Shown here: in pieces, positions 34,855 to 42,942 of the stretch
How the letters are laid out: every line of letters starts with the position of its first letter
How positions within the stretch are numbered: the stretch's first letter is position 1
Source: Acidobacteriota bacterium
GTDB taxonomy: Bacteria > Acidobacteriota > Thermoanaerobaculia > Multivoradales > J023
Reading direction: 5' to 3'
NCBI GenBank assembly: GCA_039027015.1
Contig: JBCCLG010000001.1
Coordinates: forward strand, 1 to 60,917
DNA: 60,917 nucleotides
Translations under genes and position numbers: made by a program
The notes under the pieces: model-generated
Database searches by the model: none
Seen by the model: the letters and a program-made list of their open reading frames with translations, nothing else
Told to the model about the DNA's origin: nothing

Positions 34855-35655
34855 ATGAGTGGATCGCCCAAAAAGTCCAGGCGCGAGAAAGCGTCGCGCG
34901 ACGGCAAGGCCGCGGCGGCTTCGGAGGCCGAGCGGCCCGCCGAGGAAGGTCGGCCGGCGCCGGCGCGGCGCTTCTGGATGCGCGAGTACCTCGAGGCGCT
35001 GCTCATCGCGGGCATCTTCCTCGGCTTTAGCAACACCTTCATCATCAAGACCTTCTATATCCCCAGCGAGTCGATGGTGGATACCCTGCTGGTGGGCGAC
35101 CATCTCTTCGTCAACCGCCAGATCTACGGCCGCTCCGGCGCCGCCCTCGAGGGCCTGCTGCCCTCGAGGTCTTTGCAGCGCGGCGACATCGTGATCTTCC
35201 GCTCCCCCAAGGATCCCCAAACCGATCTGGTCAAGCGCTGCATCGGCCTGCCCGGAGACCGCATCGAGCTGATCGACAAACGGCTCTACGTCAACGGCGA
35301 GCCGGTGGACGACGGCTCCTTCACCCAGCATACGGATCCGCGGATCTTCCCGAATAAGCGCTTCCTGAGTCGCGAAACGCGCCTGCGCGACAACTTCCTG
35401 CTCAAGGTGGTTCCCGAAGATCACTTTTTCTTCCTGGGCGACAATCGCGACGAGTCCTACGATTCGAGATATTGGGGCGCCGTACCCCAGCGCTACATCA
35501 AGGGCAGGGCGCTGATGATCTATTGGTCTTTCGGCGGCGAAACGCCGGACGGCACGTGGCCGGGACCTCTGGCGAAGGTCAAGCAGGTCCTCAACACCGC
35601 CCAGGGCTTCTTCAGCCAGACCCGCTGGGAACGGACCTTTCACGTGGTTCGGTGA
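34855..35655 (+). CDS. lepB: Signal peptidase I
   Basis: TM anchor, then IPSESMVDTLLVGDHLFV (catalytic Ser box), VKRCIGLPGD (Lys box), GDNRDESYDSRYWG. Confidence 0.9.
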   Translation: MSGSPKKSRREKASRDGKAAAASEAERPAEEGRPAPARRFWMREYLEALLIAGIFLGFSNTFIIKTFYIPSESMVDTLLVGDHLFVNRQIYGRSGAALEGLLPSRSLQRGDIVIFRSPKDPQTDLVKRCIGLPGDRIELIDKRLYVNGEPVDDGSFTQHTDPRIFPNKRFLSRETRLRDNFLLKVVPEDHFFFLGDNRDESYDSRYWGAVPQRYIKGRALMIYWSFGGETPDGTWPGPLAKVKQVLNTAQGFFSQTRWERTFHVVR

Positions 35656-36251
35656 ACGGTCCGGGGGCTGAGACCCGGCGCCTGACGCGCGCCGTGCTGG
35701 CGGCCGCCGTGCTGGGACTCTTCTGCAGAACCTTCGTGCTGACGCCGATGGCCGTCAGCTCCCGCTCCATGGAGGACACCCTGCTGCCTGGGGATCACGT
35801 GGTCTTCGCGCGGCTGATGCCCGCGGTCGGCGAGCCGCAGCGCGGAGACGTCCTGCTTCTCCGCAGCCCCGAGGGCGAGCGCTGGCTGATCAAGCGCTGC
35901 GTCGCGCTGCCCGGCGATCGGGTCGAGATGCGCTCCGGCCGGCTGCTGGTGGGCGGCGAAGCGCGGAAAGAGCCCTGGGCCCGCATCGGGGTAGGGGCGG
36001 GAGCAGGCGACTGGACCGGGCCGATCGATCTCGGCGCCGATGAGTACTTTGTTCTCGGCGACCATCGCGGCGTCTCCCGCGACTCCAGACATTGGGGCCC
36101 GGTCTCGAGGCATCGGCTCGCCGGTCGAGCGTTCGTGATCTATTGGTCCGCGGCCCCGATTGGCGAGAGCGGCTGGGATACAATTGAGTCAGGTTGGCGT
36201 CAAAGACTTCTAGCAATCCGCTGGGACCGCACCTGGCAGCGGGTGCGCTGA
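35652..36251 (+). CDS. lepB: Signal peptidase I, second tandem copy
   Basis: From GTG 35652 (GTGA overlap): ...VSSRSMEDTLLPGDHVVF, IKRCVALPGD, GDHRGVSRDSRHWG. The track ORF start at 35472 overlaps the first lepB copy. Confidence 0.8.
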   Translation: MNGPGAETRRLTRAVLAAAVLGLFCRTFVLTPMAVSSRSMEDTLLPGDHVVFARLMPAVGEPQRGDVLLLRSPEGERWLIKRCVALPGDRVEMRSGRLLVGGEARKEPWARIGVGAGAGDWTGPIDLGADEYFVLGDHRGVSRDSRHWGPVSRHRLAGRAFVIYWSAAPIGESGWDTIESGWRQRLLAIRWDRTWQRVR

Positions 36252-36293
36252 AGAACCAACGAAGCTCTTGTCGAGGGCCTCAAGGAGAAGAAG

Positions 36294-36656
36294 ATGCGAA
36301 TGATGGCCAAGGGCGAAGGCAAAGCTGGATGTATTTTTTGGGGGCTCCTCGCCCTCACCGTGGCTTTCGTGGCCTTTGAGGCAGTGCCTGTCCAGGTTTC
36401 GAAGATGAAGCTCGAGGACCAGATCAAAGAAGTCGCCATGACCAACCCGCGCATCACCGTGCGGCAGTTCGAGAAACAAATTCTCGGCATGACGAGGGAG
36501 CTCGACCTGCCCCTGGACAAGCGGAACCTCAAAATTCGCAAGACTCGGAAAAAAGTCTGGGTCGACCTCGAGATGGTCGTGCCCCTCGACCTGCGAGTCA
36601 CGGAATATGACTGGCATATCGAGATCAGCGTCGAGCGCGACCTCTTCTACTTCTAG
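36294..36656 (+). CDS. Small membrane-anchored hypothetical protein (120 aa)
   Basis: A GGAGAAGAAG motif lies upstream of the ATG. It has one N-terminal TM helix (CIFWGLLALTVAFVAFEAV) and good GC3. Confidence 0.55.
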   Translation: MRMMAKGEGKAGCIFWGLLALTVAFVAFEAVPVQVSKMKLEDQIKEVAMTNPRITVRQFEKQILGMTRELDLPLDKRNLKIRKTRKKVWVDLEMVVPLDLRVTEYDWHIEISVERDLFYF

Positions 36657-36717
36657 AGATGGCGGCGCCTCCGGCAGCGGGGCACCGTGATGGAACGGCG
36701 GCGGCCGCCGTCATCGC

Positions 36718-38505
36718 ATGAGCGAGGAACAAACTCTTCGCCCTGACCGGCCCTCGAGCCCCTTCGACGGGGCCGCCTCCAGGGCGCGATCCCAGAGGAT
36801 CCGCCGCACCCGAGACCTTTTAGCCTGCGGCTTTCTACCCGGGTCGCTGGCCGGATTCCAGCTCGCCGGCCTGCTCTTCTTTTTGAACCCCCACGTGCCC
36901 TTCGAGTGGCCGTCCGCGGCGCGAGGGTTCCTCTTCTTCGCGCTGCTGCTCGGCCTGGCCGCCATGGTCTTGGTGGTCGTACTCACCGGCGCCCGGGCCC
37001 GAACGGCCCGCCGCCTGCTGCCGATCCTGCTGACCGCCGCGCTGCTGATCGCGGCCCTGGGCTTCTGGGTTCACGCCTCCTATTTCGGCTTCTATTTGCC
37101 GCCCGGCATCAACGCCCGCCTGCTCAAGGCGGCCGTGTGGCTGACCCTCGCCGCCGTTCTCTGCTTCTACACGCTGGTTCTCCATCGCCTGCGCAGAAGG
37201 CCTATCGGCAGGCGAAGCCGCGCGCTCTTCGCCCTCATGGCCCTCGCCTCCGTCTACGTGGTGGTCGAGCGGAGGGAGGCCTTCAAGCCGAGGGTCGATC
37301 CCGATCCGCGGGCGACCGCTTTCGAGAACGAGCGGCGTCCCCAGCTGCTCGTGGTCGGTCTCGAGACGGCCTCCCTCGACGTCGTTCTCCCCCTCGCCCA
37401 GCAAGGCCGACTGCCCTTCTTTCGCCGCGTGCTCGACGGCGGCATTCAGAGCCGCCTGACCTCCCTGAGCCCAACCCGACGATCACCCCTATGGACGACC
37501 CTGGCAACCGGCAAATATCCCTATAAGCACGGCGTGGTGGGGGAGCGTCTCTACGAAGGCTATTTAGGCCGGCGCCAGGGACCCTGGCTCAGCCTCCTGC
37601 CCCTGGGGCTCGAATCCTGGGGCGACTGGGTGAGCTCCCGCGAGGCCGACGCCGGCGACGTGAGGGTGCTCACCCTGTGGCGCATTCTGGCGAGACTCGG
37701 CGTTTCGACGGGGGTGGTCGGCTGGCCCTTGACCTCGCCGGTCTCCGAGGAGCTGACCGCGGTACTGCCGGATCGGTTCTTCGCCGGCGATTCCGAAATC
37801 ACCGTGCATCCCGCCGAGATGGCCGAGAGAGCCCGTCTTTTTAGAACCCGTCTCGGAGAGCTCGATCCCGAGACCGTCTCGAGGTTCGGTGTGCGGCCGC
37901 CGCAGCCTGTGCTCGACGCCCTGGTAGACGATTTGTGGCGCGAGGATCTCGCTCAATTCCTGCTCGACGGCGACCCCAAGACCGACGCCCTTTTTCTTCT
38001 CTTGCCGGGCCTGAGAGAGCTCTCTTTGCGCTATTTCGGCGGCTTTTCGGCGGTTCAATTCCGCGGCCTCCAGGATCCGGAATCGGTGGACGCCGCCCGT
38101 TTGCTCAGCGCCTACTACGAGCATTTGGACGCCTCTCTCGCCCGCCTGTGGGCGAGCATGGAAGGGCCCAAGATGATGGTGATCGTGTCGGCCCACGGCG
38201 TGCACGAGGCTCCGCTCTGGGAGGAGGCCCGCAGGGTCGTTCTGCGGCGACAGCCGCCGACTCGAGGCTCGGTGCACGAGGGCCCCGACGGCCTCCTTCT
38301 GGCGATCGGTGAAGGCATCGTCACCTCCGGGAGCGCCCTCGACGCGAGGCTGGTGGACTTGACCCCTACCCTGCTTTACAGCCTCGGACTGCCTGTCGCC
38401 CGGGATCTCGACGGCAGCGTGCTGACCGGAGTCTTCGAGAACTCCTTCATGGCCAGGCAGCCTCTCAACTTCGTGCCGTCCTACGAAACTCTGCCGTCGC
38501 GGTAG
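36718..38505 (+). CDS. Membrane-anchored alkaline-phosphatase-superfamily protein (type I phosphodiesterase / nucleotide pyrophosphatase-like)
   Basis: The N-terminal ~170 aa contain 4-5 TM helices. They are followed by LLVVGLETASLDVVLPLAQQGRLPFFRRVL...LTSLSPTRRSPLWTTLATGKYPYKHGV, typical of the Phosphodiest family. Confidence 0.6.
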   Translation: MSEEQTLRPDRPSSPFDGAASRARSQRIRRTRDLLACGFLPGSLAGFQLAGLLFFLNPHVPFEWPSAARGFLFFALLLGLAAMVLVVVLTGARARTARRLLPILLTAALLIAALGFWVHASYFGFYLPPGINARLLKAAVWLTLAAVLCFYTLVLHRLRRRPIGRRSRALFALMALASVYVVVERREAFKPRVDPDPRATAFENERRPQLLVVGLETASLDVVLPLAQQGRLPFFRRVLDGGIQSRLTSLSPTRRSPLWTTLATGKYPYKHGVVGERLYEGYLGRRQGPWLSLLPLGLESWGDWVSSREADAGDVRVLTLWRILARLGVSTGVVGWPLTSPVSEELTAVLPDRFFAGDSEITVHPAEMAERARLFRTRLGELDPETVSRFGVRPPQPVLDALVDDLWREDLAQFLLDGDPKTDALFLLLPGLRELSLRYFGGFSAVQFRGLQDPESVDAARLLSAYYEHLDASLARLWASMEGPKMMVIVSAHGVHEAPLWEEARRVVLRRQPPTRGSVHEGPDGLLLAIGEGIVTSGSALDARLVDLTPTLLYSLGLPVARDLDGSVLTGVFENSFMARQPLNFVPSYETLPSR

Positions 38506-38526
38506 CGTCGCGAGGCGGCCGGATCG

Positions 38527-39414
38527 TCAGGAACCGCCATAAACCTGGGCCACGCCGGTGATGTTGTCTTGCCCTAGGTTCTGCTCCAGGGCCTGGGAGA
38601 ACAGCCCCCGCACCGCGGACGCGAGGGGATGCTCGGCGTTCCGGGCGTCGGCGGTGGTCGAGAAATACCGCAGGTCTTTATCGACCACAGCGATGGGAAA
38701 CTGCGGGGCGAATTGGTTCGCCGCCATCGCCGCCATGGCGCCGGCTATCGGGGGCGGCACCACCGGCAAATTGGTGAAGAGATCAAGCCAGCGCTCGTCT
38801 TCGACCCCGGAGCTGCGGAGGAAGTGAATCGTCTCAGCCGCGGCCGCGACCTGGGTCGCGAAGAAGGTGTTCACCGCCAGCTTCGCCGCCGCCGCCTGGC
38901 CCGCTTCGCCGAGGTAGAAGGTGCGGCTTGAGTAGGTGTCCAGCATCGGGCTGCAGCCTTCAAACACGGCCCGGTCACCGGCGGCCAGGCTGATGAGCTG
39001 CCCGGCCTCGGCCTGGGGACGGGAACCCACGACGGGCGCTTCGAGCAGCGCCGCGCCCGCCGCTCGAATCCGATCGCTTAGCCGCAGAACCCAGGCCGGG
39101 GTCAAAGTGCTCGCCTCCACGGCTACGGTGCCCGGGCGGAGGCCCGCAAGCGCCCCGTCTGCGCCTAGCCACACGGCTGCGGAGGCTTCATCGTCGGTGA
39201 GCATCGCCAGGACGATGTCGGCCCGCGCCGCGGCGTCGCGAGGCGAGGAGGCGCGGCGAATTGAGGCGTCTCTAAGCTCGACTGGGCTCCGATTCCAGGC
39301 GATGACTCTGAAGCCTCCGGCGGCGAGCCTGACGGCGAGTCTCGAGCCCATGGCGCCGAGGCCGAGGACGGCGACAGTCTGGGTTTGCGCGGATCGAGAA
39401 TCGAGGTCGTCCAT
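38527..39414 (-). CDS. NAD(P)-dependent oxidoreductase, 3-hydroxyisobutyrate/6-phosphogluconate dehydrogenase-like family
   Basis: From ATG 39414 (AGGAG 9 nt upstream): ...VAVLGLGAMGSRLAVRLAAGGFRVIAWNRS (Rossmann GxGxxG)...AKLAVNTFF. Confidence 0.8.
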   Translation of the reverse strand: MDDLDSRSAQTQTVAVLGLGAMGSRLAVRLAAGGFRVIAWNRSPVELRDASIRRASSPRDAAARADIVLAMLTDDEASAAVWLGADGALAGLRPGTVAVEASTLTPAWVLRLSDRIRAAGAALLEAPVVGSRPQAEAGQLISLAAGDRAVFEGCSPMLDTYSSRTFYLGEAGQAAAAKLAVNTFFATQVAAAAETIHFLRSSGVEDERWLDLFTNLPVVPPPIAGAMAAMAANQFAPQFPIAVVDKDLRYFSTTADARNAEHPLASAVRGLFSQALEQNLGQDNITGVAQVYGGS

Positions 39415-39459
39415 AGGGAAGGCTCCTGTGGTTGGGGTGTGACGAGACAAACGGAAGCC

Positions 39460-39493
39460 TAGAGGCTGCTATAAGAGCAATAAATAACCTCTA
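39460..39493. promoter_or_regulatory. Inverted repeat TAGAGG-N22-CCTCTA in the AT-rich divergent promoter region; candidate LysR-type binding site
   Basis: Read directly. It lies between the divergent oxidoreductase and LysR genes. Any function is inferred from position only. Confidence 0.25.
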
Positions 39494-39523
39494 TTGAAAA
39501 AGACCCATGCGTAAAATGCATGA

Positions 39524-40441
39524 ATGGATCTTGAGCACCTGCGTTGGTTCGTCGAGGTGGCGAGGCGCGGCAGCTTCGCGGCCGTCGCCCGCGATCGCCG
39601 CGTCGACCCTTCGACGGTCTCGCGGGCGGTGGCCGCTCTCGAGAAGGAGCTCGGCTTCGCCCTCTTCTATCGAACCACGCGCCGGCTCTCGCCCACCGAG
39701 GCCGGCGAGGCCTACTTCCGCCGGGTCGAGTCCCTGGTGGACGATCTCCGTCAGGCTGCAGAACTGGCCGGAGGAAGCGCTCGGGATCCCCGGGGCACCC
39801 TCCGCGTGCTGGCGCCGGTGAGCTTCGCCCAGCTCAATCTAGTGCCGTCGCTACCGAGATTTTTGGAGCGCTATCCCCTCATTCGGCTGGACCTGAAGCT
39901 CACCGACGCCCTCCTCGATCTGGTGGAAGACCGCATCGACGTGGCGATCCGCCTCGGCCCCCTGGCGGATTCCGGCTACGTGGCCAAAATGCTGGCCCCG
40001 ATGCGTCCGAAGGTCTGCGCCAGCCCGGGCTATCTCGCGCGCTACGGTCGTCCCGAGCGGCCTTCGGACCTGGCTGAACATCGATGCCTGCTGCTCGATA
40101 TGCCTGGATTTGGCGACCGCTGGCTGTTTCGGGACGGCCAGGGACGAGAGAGCCACGTCGACGTGGAGGCTCGACTCACCACCTCGCACGCCATCACCCT
40201 CAAGGAATGCGCCCTGGCGGGCGCCGGCATCATCCTGCAGGGTGACTGGATCGTCGGACGGGAGCTAGCGACGGGGGCGCTGGTGGACCTCTTTCCCGGC
40301 TACTCGGCGACCGCTAGCTATTTCGACAACGCGGTGTGGACGCTGCGCCCCACGAGGGCCCACCGCCCGGCGAAGGTGGCGGCCTTTCTCAACTTTCTGG
40401 CGGAGGAATTCGCCGGCGGCGCGCCCTGGGCTCGGGCTTAG
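39524..40441 (+). CDS. LysR-family transcriptional regulator
   Basis: MDLEHLRWFVEVARRGSFAAVARDRRVDPSTVSRAVAALEKELGFALFYRTTRRLSPTEAG (wHTH) plus a LysR substrate-binding domain. It is divergent from the dehydrogenase gene. Confidence 0.9.
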   Translation: MDLEHLRWFVEVARRGSFAAVARDRRVDPSTVSRAVAALEKELGFALFYRTTRRLSPTEAGEAYFRRVESLVDDLRQAAELAGGSARDPRGTLRVLAPVSFAQLNLVPSLPRFLERYPLIRLDLKLTDALLDLVEDRIDVAIRLGPLADSGYVAKMLAPMRPKVCASPGYLARYGRPERPSDLAEHRCLLLDMPGFGDRWLFRDGQGRESHVDVEARLTTSHAITLKECALAGAGIILQGDWIVGRELATGALVDLFPGYSATASYFDNAVWTLRPTRAHRPAKVAAFLNFLAEEFAGGAPWARA

Positions 40442-40444
40442 CCC

Positions 40445-40482
40445 GCCGCTGCCGTCGGGTCGCGGTCGGCGGCAGCGGCTTT
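40445..40482 (+). terminator. Hairpin (10-bp perfect stem gccgctgccg / cggcagcggc) followed by TTT; likely terminator of the LysR gene
   Basis: Read directly. It starts 4 nt after the stop codon. Confidence 0.5.
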
Positions 40483-40665
40483 GGCGTGCGCAAAGAAAGG
40501 CGTTTTCGTCAGGATCTTTTGACAAAGGCCGTATGCCTGCGCCTCAGCCTTTCCGGGCGTGAGATCCCTCAATGGGCAAATTCTTTTGACGAGGCCTTCG
40601 AACCTCGGATTGCATCAAATTCTATAAGTTCATTTGATTCAGTGCTTTAGAAGTTTTCTCTAGCC

Positions 40666-40681
40666 TGGCACGGGTCTTGGA
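40666..40681 (+). promoter_or_regulatory. Possible sigma-54 promoter (TGGCAC-N5-TTGGA)
   Basis: TGGCACgggtcTTGGA matches TGGCAC-N5-TTGCA with correct spacing, but the conserved C of the -12 GC is a G. It lies ~200 nt upstream of the comEA-like gene. A dyad ATCAAAT-N11-ATTTGAT lies at 40605..40629. Confidence 0.3.
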
Positions 40682-40878
40682 ATGTCTAAGGGTCGTTCGC
40701 GGGGATCGTTCGAGTCGTTCGCAGCGACGCCCCACCAGACCCTTCATTGACCCCCAGGAGGAGACACCGCACTCGAGAACGCACGACGCGACGCATCCCG
40801 CTCGCGGCTAGCGAGCGGCCCAACCCTTAGCCCTTCCAAGAAACCAAGTTATTTCTTCCCAAATCAAGGAGATACACC

Positions 40879-41304
40879 ATGCATACATCAAGAACTCTCA
40901 CCCGCTTCGCCATCGTTTTTGCCCTCGTCCTCTCCGCCGTGCCCCTGTGGGCCGCGGGATCGGCTGACTCAGAGGTGGTCAACATCAACACCGCAGACGT
41001 TTCTCAGCTGACCCAACTGCCTCGAATCGGCCCCTCGCTGGCGCAGCGCATCGTGGAGTTTCGCAAAGAGAACGGTGAGATGAAGAACACCCACGATCTG
41101 ATTCTCGTGCGCGGCATCGGCGAGAGGACTTTTCGCCTGATCGAGCCGTTCCTCGTGGTGCAGGGCAAGACGACCCTGACCCGCAAGCTGCGCACGGCGG
41201 ATGCCGAGCAGGCCCTGGCGGACCGAGAGTCCGCCAAGGGCGCCAAGGATCCCAAGAAGCCGGCGGCGAGCGCGGACCCGAGCCAGCGGGACGGCGGCGT
41301 TTGA
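40879..41304 (+). CDS. comEA: ComEA-like helix-hairpin-helix DNA-binding protein, secreted
   Basis: Signal peptide (FAIVFALVLSAVPLWA), then VNINTADVSQLTQLPRIGPSLAQRIVEFRKENGEMKNTHDLILVRGIGERTF. Confidence 0.8.
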   Translation: MHTSRTLTRFAIVFALVLSAVPLWAAGSADSEVVNINTADVSQLTQLPRIGPSLAQRIVEFRKENGEMKNTHDLILVRGIGERTFRLIEPFLVVQGKTTLTRKLRTADAEQALADRESAKGAKDPKKPAASADPSQRDGGV

Positions 41305-41388
41305 GGCCTAAGGCCCCGGCCGCCCGGAAGCGGAGCCGCGCCACTCGATGGGGCGCGGCTCGCCTCCGTCCGGCTGCCCTGGAGACCC

Positions 41389-42063
41389 ATGATGCGACGA
41401 CCGACCCCGCCCTCAGCCTCGGGAAGGCGCCGCCGGGCGCCGGTTCGCCCGGCTCGCAGGGCCCGCGCCCAGCGAGGCCTGACCCTCATCGAGCTGCTCG
41501 CCGTGCTCGCGATCGCCGGTATCCTTTCCGTTCTGATCATCCCGCGCTACGAGCTATGGGTCGGCGGCCTACAGGTCCGCATGGCGGCCCAGTCCGTGGC
41601 GCATACCTTGGGCGAAGCCCGCCTGAGGGCGATACGCCATCATCAGAATGTCGCGGTGAAATTCCGCGAGGGCGCCGACGGACGAATCACCCTCGCCCTC
41701 TACCGAGATGCCGATGGTGATGGGGTGCTCAACCGCGACATCGACGACGGGGTCGACCCGCTGATCAAATCCCCGCGGCGCCTCGCCTACGGTAGCCGCA
41801 GGATCCGCTTCGGCTTTCCGCCCGGGGAGGCGCCCACCGACCCCGGCCAGCCGAGACGGCGCCTCACCCGGCTGAGCGACCCGATTCGCTTCAACCGTTC
41901 GGATCTCGCCTCGTTTAGCGAAATCGGTACCGCGACGCCGGGAACGGTCTACCTAACGGACGATCGCTTTCACCTTGCGGCCGTGAGGCTCAGCCCAGAC
42001 TCGAGCCGGGTCACTATCCTGATCTACGATCGAGCCCTCGAGCTGTGGCGGCGTCTCGGCTGA
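41389..42063 (+). CDS. GspH/FimT-family minor pseudopilin (type IV pilin-like N-terminal methylation motif)
   Basis: ...RAQRG/LTLIELLAVLAIAGILSVLIIP, with Glu at +5 after the predicted cleavage Gly. The remainder fits a GspH/FimT-like fold (...VAHTLGEARLRAIRHHQNVAV...). The basic leader is unusually long (up to 29 aa from ATG 41389); a later GTG start is possible. Confidence 0.75.
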   Translation: MMRRPTPPSASGRRRRAPVRPARRARAQRGLTLIELLAVLAIAGILSVLIIPRYELWVGGLQVRMAAQSVAHTLGEARLRAIRHHQNVAVKFREGADGRITLALYRDADGDGVLNRDIDDGVDPLIKSPRRLAYGSRRIRFGFPPGEAPTDPGQPRRRLTRLSDPIRFNRSDLASFSEIGTATPGTVYLTDDRFHLAAVRLSPDSSRVTILIYDRALELWRRLG

Positions 42064-42098
42064 GGGACGCGAGCGGCAGGGGAGTCTGTCCAACCCGT

Positions 42099-42127
42099 CC
42101 GCCGCGCCGGTCCTTCGGGCGCGGCGG
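42099..42127. terminator. 10-bp perfect GC hairpin (ccgccgcgcc / ggcgcggcgg, 9-nt loop) between convergent genes
   Basis: Read directly. There is no U-tract on either strand, so function is uncertain. Confidence 0.35.
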
Positions 42128-42162
42128 CGGGCCTTAAGCCGGCCTCCCGCCCTCTTTGAACT

Positions 42163-42843
42163 CTAGGCGGAGCAACGCCAAATGCGGCTGTGGTTGCGCC
42201 CCGCGGCCCGACCTTCGCGCCGATAGCTCCACAACCTCTCGGTTTCCTCGAAGGTGCAGAGGTCGAGGCGCCGGACGTCCTCGACGCCGCCCGAGCGCAG
42301 CTGGACCTCGACGGCGAGAGGCAGATCGACATGGGGTCGCTCCGCCCGTCCCTGGAGCACCACCCGAGGTTCACCGGATGCGGCGACGATCTCGGCGGCG
42401 ACCTCGGTGCTGACCTCGTAGGAGCGGCCGCTGATCGCCGGCCCAATCCAGGCCACGCGCGGGCGACTGCGAAACCTGCCGAGGGCCCCGGGGACGATGC
42501 GGGAGGCCACGCCGCGCCAGCCCGCGTGCACGGCCGCGATTTGCTCGTCGCTGGCCATCAGCACGGGAACGCAGTCGGCGGTGACCACGCACAGGGCGAG
42601 ATCGCGGCGGCAGCTCAGCAGCCCGTCACCCTCGCCGGCACAGCCGGCTTTTGCCGTCTCGAAGACCCGCTCGGAGTGAATCTGCTGAAGCCAGGCGCGC
42701 TCGCCAGGAGGGCTTGCCGAGCCCGCACGAGCGTCTCTGTCCGGGGCGCGTTCGCGACCCTCGAAGAGCACCCGGACGTCGCGCCAGCGGTCCGCCGCGG
42801 GCCAACTTTCGCCGCTCAGGCGTGCGGTTCCGGCCGATTCCAT
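42163..42843 (-). CDS. pgeF: Peptidoglycan editing factor PgeF (YfiH/DUF152, laccase-domain protein)
   Basis: ...LQQIHSERVFE...GDGLLS...LCVVTADCVPVLM...AAVHAGWRGVASRIV...WIGPAISGRSYEV...CTFEETERLWSYRREG. The ATG at 42843 avoids overlap with the divergent gatB. The track ORF is extended to 42972. Confidence 0.8.
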   Translation of the reverse strand: MESAGTARLSGESWPAADRWRDVRVLFEGRERAPDRDARAGSASPPGERAWLQQIHSERVFETAKAGCAGEGDGLLSCRRDLALCVVTADCVPVLMASDEQIAAVHAGWRGVASRIVPGALGRFRSRPRVAWIGPAISGRSYEVSTEVAAEIVAASGEPRVVLQGRAERPHVDLPLAVEVQLRSGGVEDVRRLDLCTFEETERLWSYRREGRAAGRNHSRIWRCSA

Positions 42844-42942
42844 GGCTCCATGGTAGCGGCCGATCTCACTCGCCGGAAAACTTCTCGCGCATTCCTCTTC
42901 AAAACCGTGCCCGAAGACTTTCTCAAATACACTACCCGCTCT

